64,000 nt of DNA from Bugula neritina (taxonomy: Eukaryota > Animalia > Bryozoa): the NCBI GenBank assembly GCA_964035545.1, contig OZ037769.1, positions 7,483,929 through 7,547,928 of the forward strand, written 5' to 3'. How positions within the stretch are numbered: position 1 is the stretch's first letter; every line of letters begins with the position of its first letter. Under the pieces are notes generated by a model. It was given only the letters and a program-made list of their open reading frames with translations, ran no database searches and was not told where the DNA came from. Positions 1 through 13,797 of this stretch are shown here, in pieces. Both the position numbers and the translations under genes were made by a program.

Positions 1-8
1 AGCATTAC

Positions 9-700
9 TTGTATGATAAGAGCGTTGCTGAAAAGCAAATCTCATGTAGCCAATACCTTGCCAATATTTTAACAGTGCTGGGTACATCTTCTCTAGACAT
101 CAGCTGCATATAAGAGAAACACTCCTGCTTAAACAACTCCATATTAGAGTTCAGCTTCTCAAGAAATCTTGTTTTGAATTCCTCCTCATTCTGCCCCAAT
201 CTATATACAGAAAGGAGACGATCAAGTTTACATCAACTGGTCAACTGTGGCTCAACAGATGGGATGACTCCAACATAGCAAACAATTAAGAAATTTCTGT
301 AGAATAAGTATTGTTAAAAAAAACCTGAATAAAAATTCAATTTTCCCTACCGCCTTCTGGTAGCTTGGATTTGTTGCTTTAACTTATTTAAACCAAGGCT
401 GCTGTGTGTCAGAAGAAACCTTTTACCTGCAGCAAAAAACACCATTTTATGAAGTGAGAAAAATTAGGATGCTTTGTTAAATTAATTTCAATACTAATAA
501 AATTAATATACTTTCATAAAAATCAAGTTCTTTGATTAGCTTAGAAGCTTTAAAACCATCACAGAAACTGTCTGAAAAGTTACATTTAACAAAACAACAA
601 ACCACCCACCATTAAACATTGGAATTGAATTTAAGCAACTAAGCAAGCATTTTGAAGGTGTCCGGTAAAGAATTCCCGAGAGACTTCTGGTGCAGTTCAT
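9..700 (-). CDS. PTCD2: Pentatricopeptide repeat domain protein 2-like (mitochondrial); first three coding exons, gene continues left of the window
   Basis: Exons 700-610, 426-351, 200-9 have GT/AG ends and matching phases (1,2,2). They give MNCTRSLSG...GKRFLLTHSSLGLNKLKQQ...GQNEEEFKTRFLEKLNSNMELFKQECFSYMQLMSREDVPSTVKILARYW...LLSYK, collinear with the recalled vertebrate PTCD2 N-terminus (KRYLLT...ETYFRNLKKKL...IYRY...LGEYK). Confidence 0.7.
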
Positions 701-2229
701 GACTTCTATAAATATCAAACCAGAAACCTATCCCTGTAAATGCACAATCAATTAATGGTAAACATTAGAGCTTTTGGCACACCTTTATATTACATTACTT
801 AGACTTTAGACCAAAAGCCAACAGTGATTGTCTAAACACATGCACTACTAGTGTTACTGTTTATGGGCAAAGCTTGGTAACACAAGTTTATAAATAAGAA
901 TTAGAGTAACTGGTCTATTAACATTAAGACAGCAGCAAAACTTCATTGATATTGCTTAAAAATTTTGTAAACAAATATTATTAGCGTGCCACTGTTTGTG
1001 TTTAAAATAGATCAGTAGATTGATAATAATTTTGGGCAAGATACATAATAGCAAAAACAAAAGTATAAAACAAACTTGTGCTATATTCAATTTAAAATTC
1101 AATACTGACTCAAAGAGCTATAGTGATAGATGGTAACTACAATGATAATAATATTTAAGGGTTTCTAAACTCAAGTGCTATGTGTTTCTTTTAAATTAAA
1201 ATAAATGCAGAAAACAGAAGCAGCACTTATAGGCTTACTGTAACTCTTTCGTCTATGACTTACAAGTTAGATTTTGTCTTAATGAAAGTAGAAAAGCTTT
1301 ATAACTAGCAATGTCACAACGAGTATGAGTAAAAGTATAATTATGAATATAACTGTAACTAATACTAATAGTAATAGTAATACTATGAGTTATAATATTA
1401 ATTTAGTCCAACTCTATAACTATAAGTACAAGTATAAGTAACTAGCACCAACAGAAACACACTAAGACTTACACTTACAGCAACAGACATGCTCAAAAGT
1501 AAAACCAAAATAAAGTGTCAAGCGTGTCACTGTCTGAAATCAAAATTGAGTTCAACCTTTAGTTTTGATTCCCAATATGAATATATAACACAATGATTGA
1601 GCGAGTCACTCATTCACTAATTACAATCAATCACTTAATCATAATATTAATTATCATAATGATAATGAATACTCGCAATCACATGATGATGATCATGATG
1701 ATGATGATGATGGATGATTGAAAATGAATTAGAATAACTATAAGTATAAGTATTCGAATTCAATAGTATTATTAATACAATATGAATATCAATATGAAAA
1801 TAATTATAATGAAATTAAATGTCAATACTCAAATACTATTAATATTAGTCCTGGAAATACTCATAGACATACTCAATTTCATACTAAACCCCTTAAGGCT
1901 TAAGCTCATAATCATTTATATAAATTTAAAATCATAAGTTTTCCAGATTATCATTATAATAATCATTATATTAACAATCATTAGTAGCAACCAGCATGGG
2001 ACTGGGCATTAAAAGCTCGCTAGGAGAGAGTAGCTCAAAATAGTAAAGACGCCTGCTTGTGAGCTTATCTACAATATGTATAAAAAAATATTACCTACAG
2101 TTTATTGTTTTCAATTACAAAATTGAAAACCTAGCTTGTAATTCGAAGAGTATTGTAGTTTATGGTTATTTGTGATATTCCCGTCATATTGCTTTACAAA
2201 ATACCCTAAGAACCTAAACTATCGTCTAA

Positions 2230-2455
2230 GACGCATGAAATATGATTTATTCTATAAGCAGCTTTGAGTTGGGGGTGATTAAGTGTAATAGTTTGAGGTT
2301 CTCAAATTTAGAGTTAGGTCCTCAAACTTTTAACCACTGAGCTGGAATATTATTGAGTTCGATGCTTTTAACTTGGAGCCCAAACTGCTGCACTCATTCA
2401 CCCCCAACTTAGAGCTGCTTATAAAACAATTCATGAACAGTATTTCATTGCGTTT
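2230..2455. mobile_element. MITE-like foldback element
   Basis: Long imperfect inverted arms: TATAAGCAGCTTTGAGTTGGGGGTGATTAAGTG... versus ...CACTCATTCACCCCCAACTTAGAGCTGCTTATA; non-coding; exact ends and TSD not resolved. Confidence 0.55.
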
Positions 2456-4491
2456 GAGTTGAAATCCTTTCCACTAATAGTAATACTAATACTAATACTG
2501 CATCAGCATACTGATAATGATAGTGATTCTAAGCGAACAAATCTAAAATTTACTAAAATATAGTTGTAATCATAAAGTAAAGTTTTCTATTTAAAATGAC
2601 CATGTACTTGTAGTACAATTTAAGAGACAGTTGGAATCAGTAGACAGTACCACAGCACAGTGAGTGTGACAGTGACTGTGAGTGTGACAGTGACACTGAC
2701 AATCACTCTCACACTGACGGTTTGAGTTACTGTGACTGTCAGTCGATGTAGTCACACTCAATTGCGAGTAAGTGGCTGTAGACGACAATGACAGTAAACC
2801 ACACTTACTGTCAATGACAAGATGTGACAAGTCTAGGGCGAGAGGAAGCCACTGTGAGTGTGACTGTAGCTGTTATGTAACACCAACAGTAACACTAGTG
2901 TAACTATGAGTAAAAGTAACTGTAAGACTAAGAGTACTAAGTAGTAAATGAGTTACAGTAGACACGGTAACCCTGACTGTGCAAAAACTTTGGCCATTTA
3001 TTGCAAAGAGGCTTGCAGTTACTCTTAGAGTTAGTAACATGATTCCTAATCATAGGCTTATGCAGTTATAACTGCTCGAGCTTTAGGTTGAAATCTGGGA
3101 GCTAAGATTAAGAAAAACTTTGGCAGTCCAGTTTCAATTGTATTTCCAAAAAATATTATATTTAGTTTTATGTTTAGTGTTGTTATAATCATTGTATAAA
3201 ATTAAAATATAGAATAATTATATATTCATAAAACTTAAAGTTAATTATGATAAATAATTATTAGGACAATTTCATAGTTATTAATAATTATCTGCTTAGC
3301 CTCGAACTAACATCATGATAAGCTCGATCTGAATCTGGCTTATGTTTAAACCCACTGCTTCATTAGACGTGGCTATATTTTACTGCTGCAGCTGCTACGT
3401 CTACTGCTAATACTAATAGTACTGGCACTGCTACAATACCAGTGTACTGTTTCCTTACATTTACTGTTGTCACTAAGGAACAGCGGTGAATCCATATGGT
3501 TCACAATTACAGTACGAGTATGACTATCAGTAATGATTGTCATACTAATAGTAGTTGATCATCACTATTATTATTAGTGATAAGTTAAACTATCTCATTT
3601 TTAATTGAGCAGTCATCTTATAAAAATAGTTAGATTGCAACTGATTTTACAGAAATGATTAAGTAAAAATGACAATGCAGTTATGCACAGTCAAAGTGAT
3701 GTGCATAGTGATATCCATACTTCTATTGCAACTAAATTTAGGCTAATCTAATGATAGGCTTGTTTTTATAAGCTTTTTATATTCCTTCTGCGCAATTTAT
3801 TCTGCAATAGGAAAGCTACTTGTTAAATAAGAGAGGTTGTCACATCAGGTTGTCAGAGAACTAGTCTTCAGTGATATGTGCCTACTTAAACTAAACACTT
3901 TGACTTGGCTACTGAGGCCGTGATGTTGGACATTATTCATCGTGCCGACCATGATAACTAATAACATTAGTTTTCTTGTAGTAATTCACTAATAACTGTC
4001 TGAGAGCACTTTCGACTCATTAAATTAAATTATTTAGATTTTAGACCAACTCTGATGACTATAGGCCTATGTATTATGTAATGGTGACATCAAAAAACAA
4101 TTATTTAGATTTTAAAATACAATAAATGCATTTTACCACCTCAGATTTTACTACACTAGGCAGTTTATTTCCAAAAAATCAAATGTTTTTAATATTGCAA
4201 TAATTTACCAATCTTAATGGTGAATTTAATAGTAAACTAATGTTATAGCTTTATTGACATATTACTGTGTAACACACAAACCGCAGCACTGCGGTGACAA
4301 CTTGAGAAAAACAACACTATACATTCGATAGGCAATCTAAATGTAAAACTATTAATAGTTAATCATTTACTCAATGAGTTGACATTGCGTATACATGTAG
4401 ATTGTGACCTTTGCTTACCAATACCTAATAGACAAACATAATTTATTTTTGACTAAGAAATATCTGATATGTTACAGCAATCTCTTCAAGC

Positions 4492-7400
4492 ATGAAGAAG
4501 CACGTAGGAATGGAAAAGTCGGTAAAAGCAGTTTCACTCGGCAAAGATTTGGAAACTGCTTTAAGTTCACTAACACAGCTGCACGAATCAAGTAATGTCT
4601 CAGCCAGTAGGCTATTTTAAAGCATCGTTATATATTTATCATAATTTAATTTTATTTTTATACATATCAAAAACGGAAAAAGTGGACTAGAGGTAATTTT
4701 AGCCAAGTTCCCATTTGCTGAGGGTATACAGGAAGTTGCAGTGTTACACTGCGAGTTTACCAATCCAAATTCATTCTTTCAAATCCTGTCTAGATTCATA
4801 ATATTACTTCCATTACTTTACTTTTATTTCAAACTTGTAGCATGTGGAAATGAAAATCAAAGTGTTAATAATTCAGGTTTTACACGAAATACTTGGGTCA
4901 TTGCATAGCTTTAAAGTATTTCTCCTAAATTAAATACAGTATAGTGTATCACAGAATACTCATTAGGAGTAGATTTATATTTATGTTAATTGATTAGCCC
5001 ATTTAACCTAAAAATGTAGGTTTTTACAGTTGCTAACTGTGTCAGTGTAACTTATTTACTGCGAATGTAACCTTCTACACACGGGGTGTACTGTAGTATT
5101 TATATAATCTGTGAATTTTGATACTGTGAAAGCAATGTTGTCTGTTCTATTTATTACCTTTGCAAACTAATTCTGTGTCATATTCCAGAAGTTGCAAGTG
5201 ACTACATCTCAGAGTTTCTGGGGTCAAGGTCATTTATTGACCAAATCAAAGCCTTGAAAAAGGTAGGTTATTTTTAGTTTTTAATTACTGTATTTGTAAG
5301 GTGTGAGTCTACTTAGTACCCAAAATGCATTTAAAGGAGCATTTCTACAGTTGGAAATTGCAAGTTAAATATATCACAAGCTGAACCATGTCTTGGAGTT
5401 CAAAGAAAGTATTGTGCAAAGGACTAATTAGGATCAAAAATATTTTTAAAGTTCTGGAATTATTTAGGCTCACCTTTCACCGCCATGTCCTGATCAGGTG
5501 GTGGGAAGTTCTGAAATTATGTGAATCATAAGATTTTTTCTTGGTTGCTGATACCGGGTCACTGAATGCATATTTCTAGTTATATAAAGAGAAAGCTGTG
5601 CTGATTTGATTGCAGATTGGAGAAACCATAAAAGGCGTAACAGATAGTACCCAGCATGATGCTGCTATAGCTGTTAGATTTCTTATCACACTCTACTTAG
5701 CACCATCTCTGTACAAGTCAGCTCTTCATAAAGCAATCTCCAGGTAGTATGAATATAATAGCAACAGTGAATGAGAGCATGGTGTTCTATGAACAATTTT
5801 TGAAAAGATGTATGACCGAGCTTTTCAAATTTTAGGCATAGCTTTTTTCTACAAGGTTAGTTTACTGGAGCCTACGTTCTCGTACAAACAAAATAGATAA
5901 AATAATATAGTAATACCTTTTTTAATTATTTCCGAAATGTTTTGCAGCGAAGAAGCTAAAGTTTTTTCATATCACAATCTAGTGGCATTAGCTGTTTTAA
6001 TAAGGGAAGGGAATTTGGGGTTTAGTTATATAGTTCGAACCATTAAAGGCGTGGAAATTTAATTTTAGCTTCAAGCTAACAGGAAATTATGTCCAGACTT
6101 TTTTCTGGTTAAATATATATTCGAAAATTGATAGGTTTTGCCATGAAATTAGTACATAGGTATGTATGAGCAGTTATATAGTCTATGAAACCATCAAGAG
6201 TGACGCAGGTTGTTAGCATTTATAACTTGTAGAATTTAGGTGAGGCTTTCATTCTGATAGTGAAGTGACTCTGCACAGAACTACACTTCAATTTTTATTG
6301 TTCAATTTTCCTGTTGACCATGTTATTAAAATTAGGTTAGTGGGTATACAAATCTGACTGTGCCTTGACCACTAAAGAGTGACTAGTTACGGTAAAGAGT
6401 AACTGGTTACTATTAGGAGTGACTGGTTACTATTAGGAGTGACTAGTTACTGTTAATAGTGACCAAGTTCACAAACATTTGCTATGTGTTAAATCTCTTT
6501 GTCTTTAGATCTAAAGAAATCTGTTTAAAGTATCACATCCTGCAGTGAACTCAGCTCTTTCATTTTATGAATTCTTGTGTGCCCCAAGGAAACTGCAGAT
6601 TTTCAAGGATTTTACTCATTAAAGTAGTTTTAGCTCTTGCATATGTGTATATTTGGTGTTTGGTGAATTGTATCCAATATTTTCAACAGTTTAATGCCAG
6701 CGTGTGATGACGTATATGTATACAATGTTTTCAACAGTTTAATGCCAGTGTGTGATGAAGTATATGTATACAATGTTTTCAACAGTTTAATGCCAGTGTG
6801 TGATGAAGTATCTGAGAAGTTGTCTTCTTTTGGTATCCCTACTGAGCAATTGATAGTTGAGCACGTCCAGCAGCTGACCAGTACTAAGGTATGTATGCAA
6901 CTAACATTTTTCAGAGTACATATCTAAGGTCAGGTGAAGAAACTGAAAGCATCTACATCAGTTAAAAATCTTTATTTTCAGGCATTCAACACCTAACAAA
7001 TATCTGCATTGGTTTCAGAATGTTATAGTTTCTCTCTTATGTTTGACTTTTGCTAAGATTATTATCATTATTCACATTCATTAGATTTAATTCAATGAAT
7101 TCCCATTTTTGGCAATTAGTGTATATTATGGTTATTTTAGTCCTTCTACAGCATCTACTATATCAATTATAGCAATTATACTATTATACTACTAGTATAC
7201 TGGTCCTTATTCAATATCTGATATGTTGTTTATACTATGTATGTTTCAGGATCTCATCACCTGTATCAGATGTCTTATAGAAAGTCCCCCATCAAGCTGC
7301 AGATACAAAGCTATTTATCACAATCTATCCAAGTTCATAGTATCAGTTGCTGATCACCTTGACAATGTCCTATCTGACGTTAGAAGTGCCAGGTGAGTAG

Positions 7401-10400
7401 TTTAATTAGCCAAATTCTACATTGGGGAGATAATCCTGTTTCTTGGTTGTTACTTGTTTTTTACTATGATGAAAGTTATGTGTTGAAAGGTCTTGCATCA
7501 TCCGAAATTATCTTTTAAATACAACACCTATTTATTAGCACATTAGAGTAAAATATACTGAAATTATATGTTTAAACATCTGCAGTTTTTTACATCTATT
7601 TGGACTATTTTACCTCTTTGACCACGATCTCTACTGCAACGCTGAATGGTACCATACACATGTATATGTTGATCTCTACATTCATATGTTGTAGGACTGA
7701 GAAAGTCAACAGCACTGCACACAGTGCGAGCATATCAGTTGGTCATCTCACGTGTCAGACTATGTTTAGACTTATCTCCCTTTCCTCTGTAGCTGTAGCC
7801 AGAGGTATTCAACAGTGCCTGCTCTCTAGTCTGCAGTGTCTTCAGCAAACTCTTCACTTAGGTTAGCTGGTTACTTCAAATCTATCATCATTCTAATAGT
7901 TTTAAGTTGTCAACTGCTGATTGGATGAATGGCTGCTGTCTTAAGTCGAACGACTCAATAGTCAGTATGTTAGTGGCTTTCCCAACATCAGACTTATTCT
8001 TTTTGTCTTATTTGATTTAGATTCCATACTTCTATACTATATGTTTTATACATTTCTGGACACCTCAGCCAAGCTTGTCTCTTCTAGTGCATATTCATGT
8101 AAATAAACAACTTGAAGTTTCCAACATTCACCTTCACATAATGTAATTCTCCTTGAACTCTTGTGATGGTATCAGTCTGGCATGCACAGGAGTTGGCAAA
8201 AACAGTTGAATATATCAATACTTGAAGTTTAAAGTTTGAAAAGTTGTAATAATATAATTGATAGTTTCTTCATCATAGGTAGCTAGCTGACTTTGTTATA
8301 TGCAACTGATGATTTTTCCTGTAGAAGAAGGCAGCATGGACTTGCTCATATCTGTTGGTCTGTGCATATCTCAGATACTATATATTCAAAGTATAAGCCA
8401 TCAGGTGAACCAGGGATCTTATTACACATCAGAGGTGAGTATATGCTATATCCGGATTAGCATGTTGGCACTCTGTAGTTTCACATTGCAGGTGCAACTG
8501 CAAAGTTTCAGCATAAGTGTCTTATGTTTTTTTTCACTTTTTGTAATTTCTTAAAAACTAAGCTTTCAACCATTTCTCTTGCCGTTATTAATGATATATG
8601 CTATGTTATACATGTACATGAGGTGATATGGTCTGCAATATATTTACAGGCTTTAATTTTGATAAACCGTGCGTCTTTAGACTCAGCAGAATATAATATT
8701 GATATAACGGAGAGCACTTGTCAAGCAATGTCTGAGCCTGTCATACCAGCAAGCACCTGTCGACACATGTATCTATGTTGCCTCCTCAATGGTCTAGTCA
8801 GCTGCAGCAAGCAACATGGTCTCCAGTTCCATCAACTGATATTCAAGACTGTGTGCCAGCTTACTCAGCAGCAAGTAGAACTTATATACCTTATCTGCTC
8901 AAACCTGAACACTGAACTAGTGTCTGATGACTTTTACTGTCTTCTTAAATCTCACCATTTTAATTAAACAAAATTCTGTAGATTTTGGTGTTTTTATGAA
9001 GTTTTAGTTTTGAAGTAAAGCTTTTTTCTACTTGTTAAACCTATTGGATGTGCAAAAGCAATTTTTTGAGGTAATAAATTAATTATTCGCATGCACTGTA
9101 TGAAGACTTCAGATGCAGTTTTACACAGTTGTACTTTACATAATATGATACTCATATATTTATGCTGACAGGATGTTTGAAATTTTCTTATTTATATGAC
9201 CAGTAACCATGTTTGTCTATATTATAGGAAGATGTATATCAATGCTCAACTGGTGTTTATCAAGATGTTGGTGACATGGACAGCATGTTTGAGGTATAGC
9301 TGACATATGCTATTCTGGCATTTTTCTAATTACTTCAACAACATCCACACCTATCTCCGCTTTGTCCTGTTTGAATAGTGGGAATTACTTCCGTATTCGT
9401 ATTTTTTTACGTCAGGAGGGAGATGTTGGAGTATAAGGAGTTCATGGAAGCTGTGTACTCCTCTCTCTTCAACTACCTGCTCTATGTCTGGGAGCACTCA
9501 ACCGAGGTATTTCTGCAACTGTAATAAATATATATACGTAGAAAGTCTTTATGCATCTTGAAACCAATCATCCATTTCAATGTTAAATGTTTTAGAGATT
9601 GAGTATTTTTCACTTCAAAACTTCTTTATGTTTTCATGTTTATAGAACTGTTTACTGACACAGCTATGATTTAGACTTTGAACGTTATACCTTTATCGTT
9701 GATTTAGAACTCAAATAATTTTATGAAGCTGATTTTTTAGAACTGGTATATAATGTTAAGAGTGGTTATTATGACAAACAATTGGCATTTTATGAATATA
9801 TTGTTGAATAATTTATAACTATGCCCCTTTCTTATAGGTAGTCAGACAAAGTAGCAGAGAGGTCTACGCTAATCTCTTAGCTGCACTGAAGACTTCTGGT
9901 ATGTGTAAAACTGTTTAGACAGAGAGCTCAGTGGTACATCATGTAACTTATTTTGTGTTTGCCTATCAACTTAGTCTGATTTAGTTTTAAAAGTTGTCTA
10001 ATCTTTTGTATAAATTGCTGCTCAAAGTTTCAAAGACAAACAAATGTAACACAAATTTGATTTTAGCAGAAATGTCTTTGAGCAAATATACAGTAAATAA
10101 GTATTTATTGCTGTGTAGTATTGTTGATTGTTGTGAAAAGGACGTCATTGGCCAGTTTCGCTAACAACTGATTGTAGAACAACTTCGCACCCAGTCATTG
10201 ACTACCATCATGACCTACCCGTGGTCTCGTAAAGGAAAATACGGTTTCCTAATGGAATACGTCAACAAATGTGGTGTAGAGGACGTTCTTGCACATATCG
10301 ATGGAAATAGAAATGTGACATCATTATTGCACAAAGTTATCTGTTGCATTCAACAGCAACAGCTGGCCAATTATGTAAGTGACAGCTTGTCTCTTTGCTA

Positions 10401-13400
10401 TTCATTTGTTAAGTGAGCTGAATACTTGATAGAAATGTAGGGTATGCTGTGGTGCAATAGTTTAGGTTTAAATGCAATGTGACTATATTTCACACATTCT
10501 CAGAATTCGGAGGTTTTTGACTAGTCTTGCTAGATCGTTGCCGCTGGCATCAGGGAATAACACTTTTGAAGTTTTTTTAAACTTTAAACTCTGAGAAATT
10601 GATAGTTAGATTTTTAGTTTAGTCATTCTTACCAAATAGTTATAATAACTAATTAAGAAATTACTATTTTTAAAAATTGATGTAATTTTCACAAACAATG
10701 CACAATTTGCAGCGTGTGTAACAGACTATGTTGAACAAACTGTGAAATATTCTTTCCATTAATAATCCCATGACATCACATTTTATGCAAGCCTAGAGTA
10801 TTTTGTTCTTGTAATACTTCAGAAAATATTCGGAGGTACTCAACCTTGCAGGATAAACTCCCCCCCCAATTGTGATATAGCAAGTTTGAAAGTACCTATA
10901 GCTTTGAACAAGAATAGTTTTTCATAAATCGTATATAGTTAATTCATGAAACTTTTATGATTCTTGTGATTTTCTGTTATAATTGAATATACTGTTATAT
11001 TGGAAAGGCTATATTGTAGGCCTGCACGGTGTCGGACTGCACTGTCAAATGATTAAATGTGGTTAAAAATAATCATACATCAAAAAACATTGAAATTTTG
11101 GAGTTGTGTCCCCTTTTCTATTCGATGTAGTTCGGTGTCGGCTTTATTGGGGAAGTGATTACTCTCACCGACATGCTTAGACAACTCCAAATCATGTATC
11201 AATGTACTAATGTATTAGCATACGCACCTTATTTGATAACACTAGCTACCAACTCATATTTCAGATTCAGAAAATTGGACGGGAAAGCTGTTTCTAGGCC
11301 ATTCTTTAAATAGACTACTGCACTACACTGTTAACACTAACAATGGCTACACTGCTATATCAAATCTGTTTCACTATGATTTTCAACCACTGTAGCGTAC
11401 AGTTGATAACTGTTAAGATAATTCACAATGCTTCGAGTTAGTCATGCTATGGATACCTCAGTATGACAGCAAGTTCCTTATATTCAAATTTTACGCGACA
11501 AAAATACGCTATCAAGTATATTGAGCTGCTACAAGAATATTAGCCCAACTGAATGGTATTTCAGCTGTATGTATCATGTATATAGATAAGTGAGTTTATA
11601 TGCTGCATGATGTCTGCTGATAAGAAGTCTAACAACTACACACGCCAGGAGTGGATCCAGAGGTGGCTAATTCCCCTAGTTGATGCTATGAAATGTCAGC
11701 CTGACTGTCATAAGAATGTTAGTCAGGTGAGTACTCAGTCATCTTCATAGTGCTTTCAGTGAGATGTTTTAACAATAACAGAGTTTGCGAATGTCATAAC
11801 CTCACATTCTATAAAGCGATGATAAATTTAAATAAAACTTGATTTTCACAAAAAATTCTTTAGTTGAGACGGTTGTGTTACTAATTTTCTAGATAAAAAC
11901 TTTTTTGTCAGAAAAATGCCTTACTATTTTTCTATGTTCCGGTTTATTTGCTGTCATACTGTGTATTCCACTGTAGCCATTTTTTTGCATAAGAATCTCT
12001 TGCCAAAAATAACGAAGATTTGGCCAGAGACAATAGTGGAGCTACTGAATTGGCTGTCTACTGACGGTGTGTGTGAAGGGCCTACGATGGATATCTATCT
12101 AATGCTAGCTAGACGTGCTAGGACAGGTGGTCTGTTGAAAGAGCACTTGCAGCAAGGTGACACGTGGTGTGGGGTACTTAGTCAACGGCTCCTGCACTCT
12201 GCCCTGCACTCCAACAACAGTGAAGTAAGTGTATGATGCAAGAGGCAATTGAAACACTATTGTATGTACTTCAGTCTGATCAACTGCTTGTCTGCTGTAA
12301 AAAGACTATCCCTGTGAGAACTCCTGATGGAAAGGGTATTTTTTTAATTAAGATATTATTCTGATGGGGCACAGGAGCAATTATCACTGAATGCTCTTTC
12401 TAACATCACCAATGTCCTTTACTGGGGTTCCAACCCATGACTTCGTCTTACTAAGCAAACACTCTAACCCCTAGACCACGGCTGCTCCCTTGTCTGCTAT
12501 GTATGCTATATATACATTATCACATTATGTTTTTTTGGCTTGGTCAGATTTTTAAAATGTAATATTTACATAACTATATGCCTGAAAAGTTAGTGTTTCA
12601 TATTTTGTGCTGCAACTTATTTTTAATAACCTAATATCGATATATAATGATGGCTTATATTGCATTAGTTCTAGTGTATGCTATTTGATACTATGGCTTT
12701 ATTATGGTGACTTGAAATTAGTGGATAAAGCTGTTGTATTTAATTTTTTTTAGCGGAGACTTGCGGCATTTGCTCTAGTTTGTGAGAGTCACAAAACTAC
12801 GACTCCCATAGCAGACTTTGAGTTTACTTGGGTTAATGAGTTTATAAGAGACAACAGTTACCACGAGGAGCCAAGCTTTCGGCAGCAAATGCTGTCTCAC
12901 CTGAAGCACTTCCTGTACCATGTGTCAGAGTGGACGAGGAAACTGTCTCATGGAGAGAGGCAACCAGCTATGGTTAGTTACGTCATTTGAATCGAAAACT
13001 CTGTACTCTAGGAAGATGCAGCCTGCACAACATTAAAAATGTGCCAGATTTTTAGCAAAATGTTGACATATGGTATAAAATTATTAAGAGAAGATAGTAT
13101 TTATAATCAAAGTTTTGCATAATTTTTTTCAATTTTAGACTTTTCTCTAGTGTCAGGTCAAGCTACTCAAAGCTTTGCACAATATTATTTCATTACAAAT
13201 TGATATATTTACTTTAAGGTGCTGCCAAATGCAGCAAATTTCTACATGGACCACTTGTCAACATTCAGCATGAATCCTGCGCAAAATGTCTGCCAGAGTC
13301 ATTTATTTGAGTACTGTTTTTGTTACCAGTTCTTTTGCATTTCTGTCTTGCGTTATCAATTTTGCGTTATTGAGAATTGCGAGTAATTGTTGTTATAGTT

Positions 13401-13797
13401 TCGAAATGAAAATACAATTACGTTCACATGCAAATACCATTAGTTCTTGGGTTTTCTTTTCCAGCTGTGAACATAATATTAGGCAGATAACTCCCACAGC
13501 AGGTTTCGAACCCAATAATATAATTTCATGTGGCAGTTTTTTGTAAATTATGGTTACATCACTTATGATGATAATGTATGTTATATGTTGCAATATACTT
13601 ATTTTTATCTGTTTTAAAATGAAAAACCCATACTGATATTTCTTGTCCTGTAGAATTTCTTGAGAGTTTTGGGGACCAAGCAGATACAAAGACTCGATTC
13701 AAGTTCGATAGCTAATCACAGAAGTGTGGCTTTGGATATATTGACTTTAATATCACAGATTTTCCCGTATGGAACATTTTCAGATGAACCCAAATGA
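4492..13797 (+). CDS. THADA: THADA/Trm732-like armadillo-repeat protein, N-terminal part only (~731 aa as reconstructed)
   Basis: 16 phase-consistent exons: 4492-4591, 5189-5262, 5616-5743, 6786-6888, 7250-7392, 7695-7861, 8325-8434, 8650-8870, 9228-9293, 9416-9506, 9838-9898, 10178-10374, 11586-11726, 11994-12224, 12754-12972, 13654-13797. Motifs LLYVWEH, YPWSRKGKYG, WIQRWLIPL, LLPKI...WPETI, LVCESHKTT, EPSFRQQM and RSVALDIL match recalled THADA blocks (YTHWEHP, WHIKGKY, LLCESNRST, SPGVRQQI, RFSALTIL). The 3' end is uncertain. Confidence 0.85.
6375..6463. repeat. ~20-bp tandem repeat (AGAGTGACTRGTTAC...) in a THADA intron
   Basis: About 4.5 degenerate copies are visible. Confidence 0.75.
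6680..6812 (+). repeat. 48-bp tandem repeat spanning the THADA exon-4 splice acceptor
   Basis: TTTTCAACAG|TTTAATGCCAGYGTGTGATGAMGTAT occurs three times, with acceptor AGs ending at 6689, 6737 and 6785. Confidence 0.9.
12297..12488 (-). mobile_element. tRNA-derived SINE in a THADA intron
   Basis: Head GGAGCAGCCGTGGTCTAGGGGTTAGAG (A box)...GGGTTGGAACCC (B box); 10-bp TSD CTTGTCTGCT at 12287-12296 and 12489-12498; second family copy at 29768-29956. Confidence 0.85.

Noticed and set aside
2591-2830. Cys/His-rich 79-aa ORF
   Set aside because: Translation of GTGACA/CACT simple repeats in the intergenic island.
6510-6625. Candidate THADA exon after TTTAG
   Set aside because: Stops in all frames; exon 3 joins 6786 in phase.
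13219-13390. Open stretch VLPNAANFYMDH... as an extra THADA exon
   Set aside because: No convincing phase-0 donor; 12972 splices in frame to 13654 and follows THADA collinearity without it.
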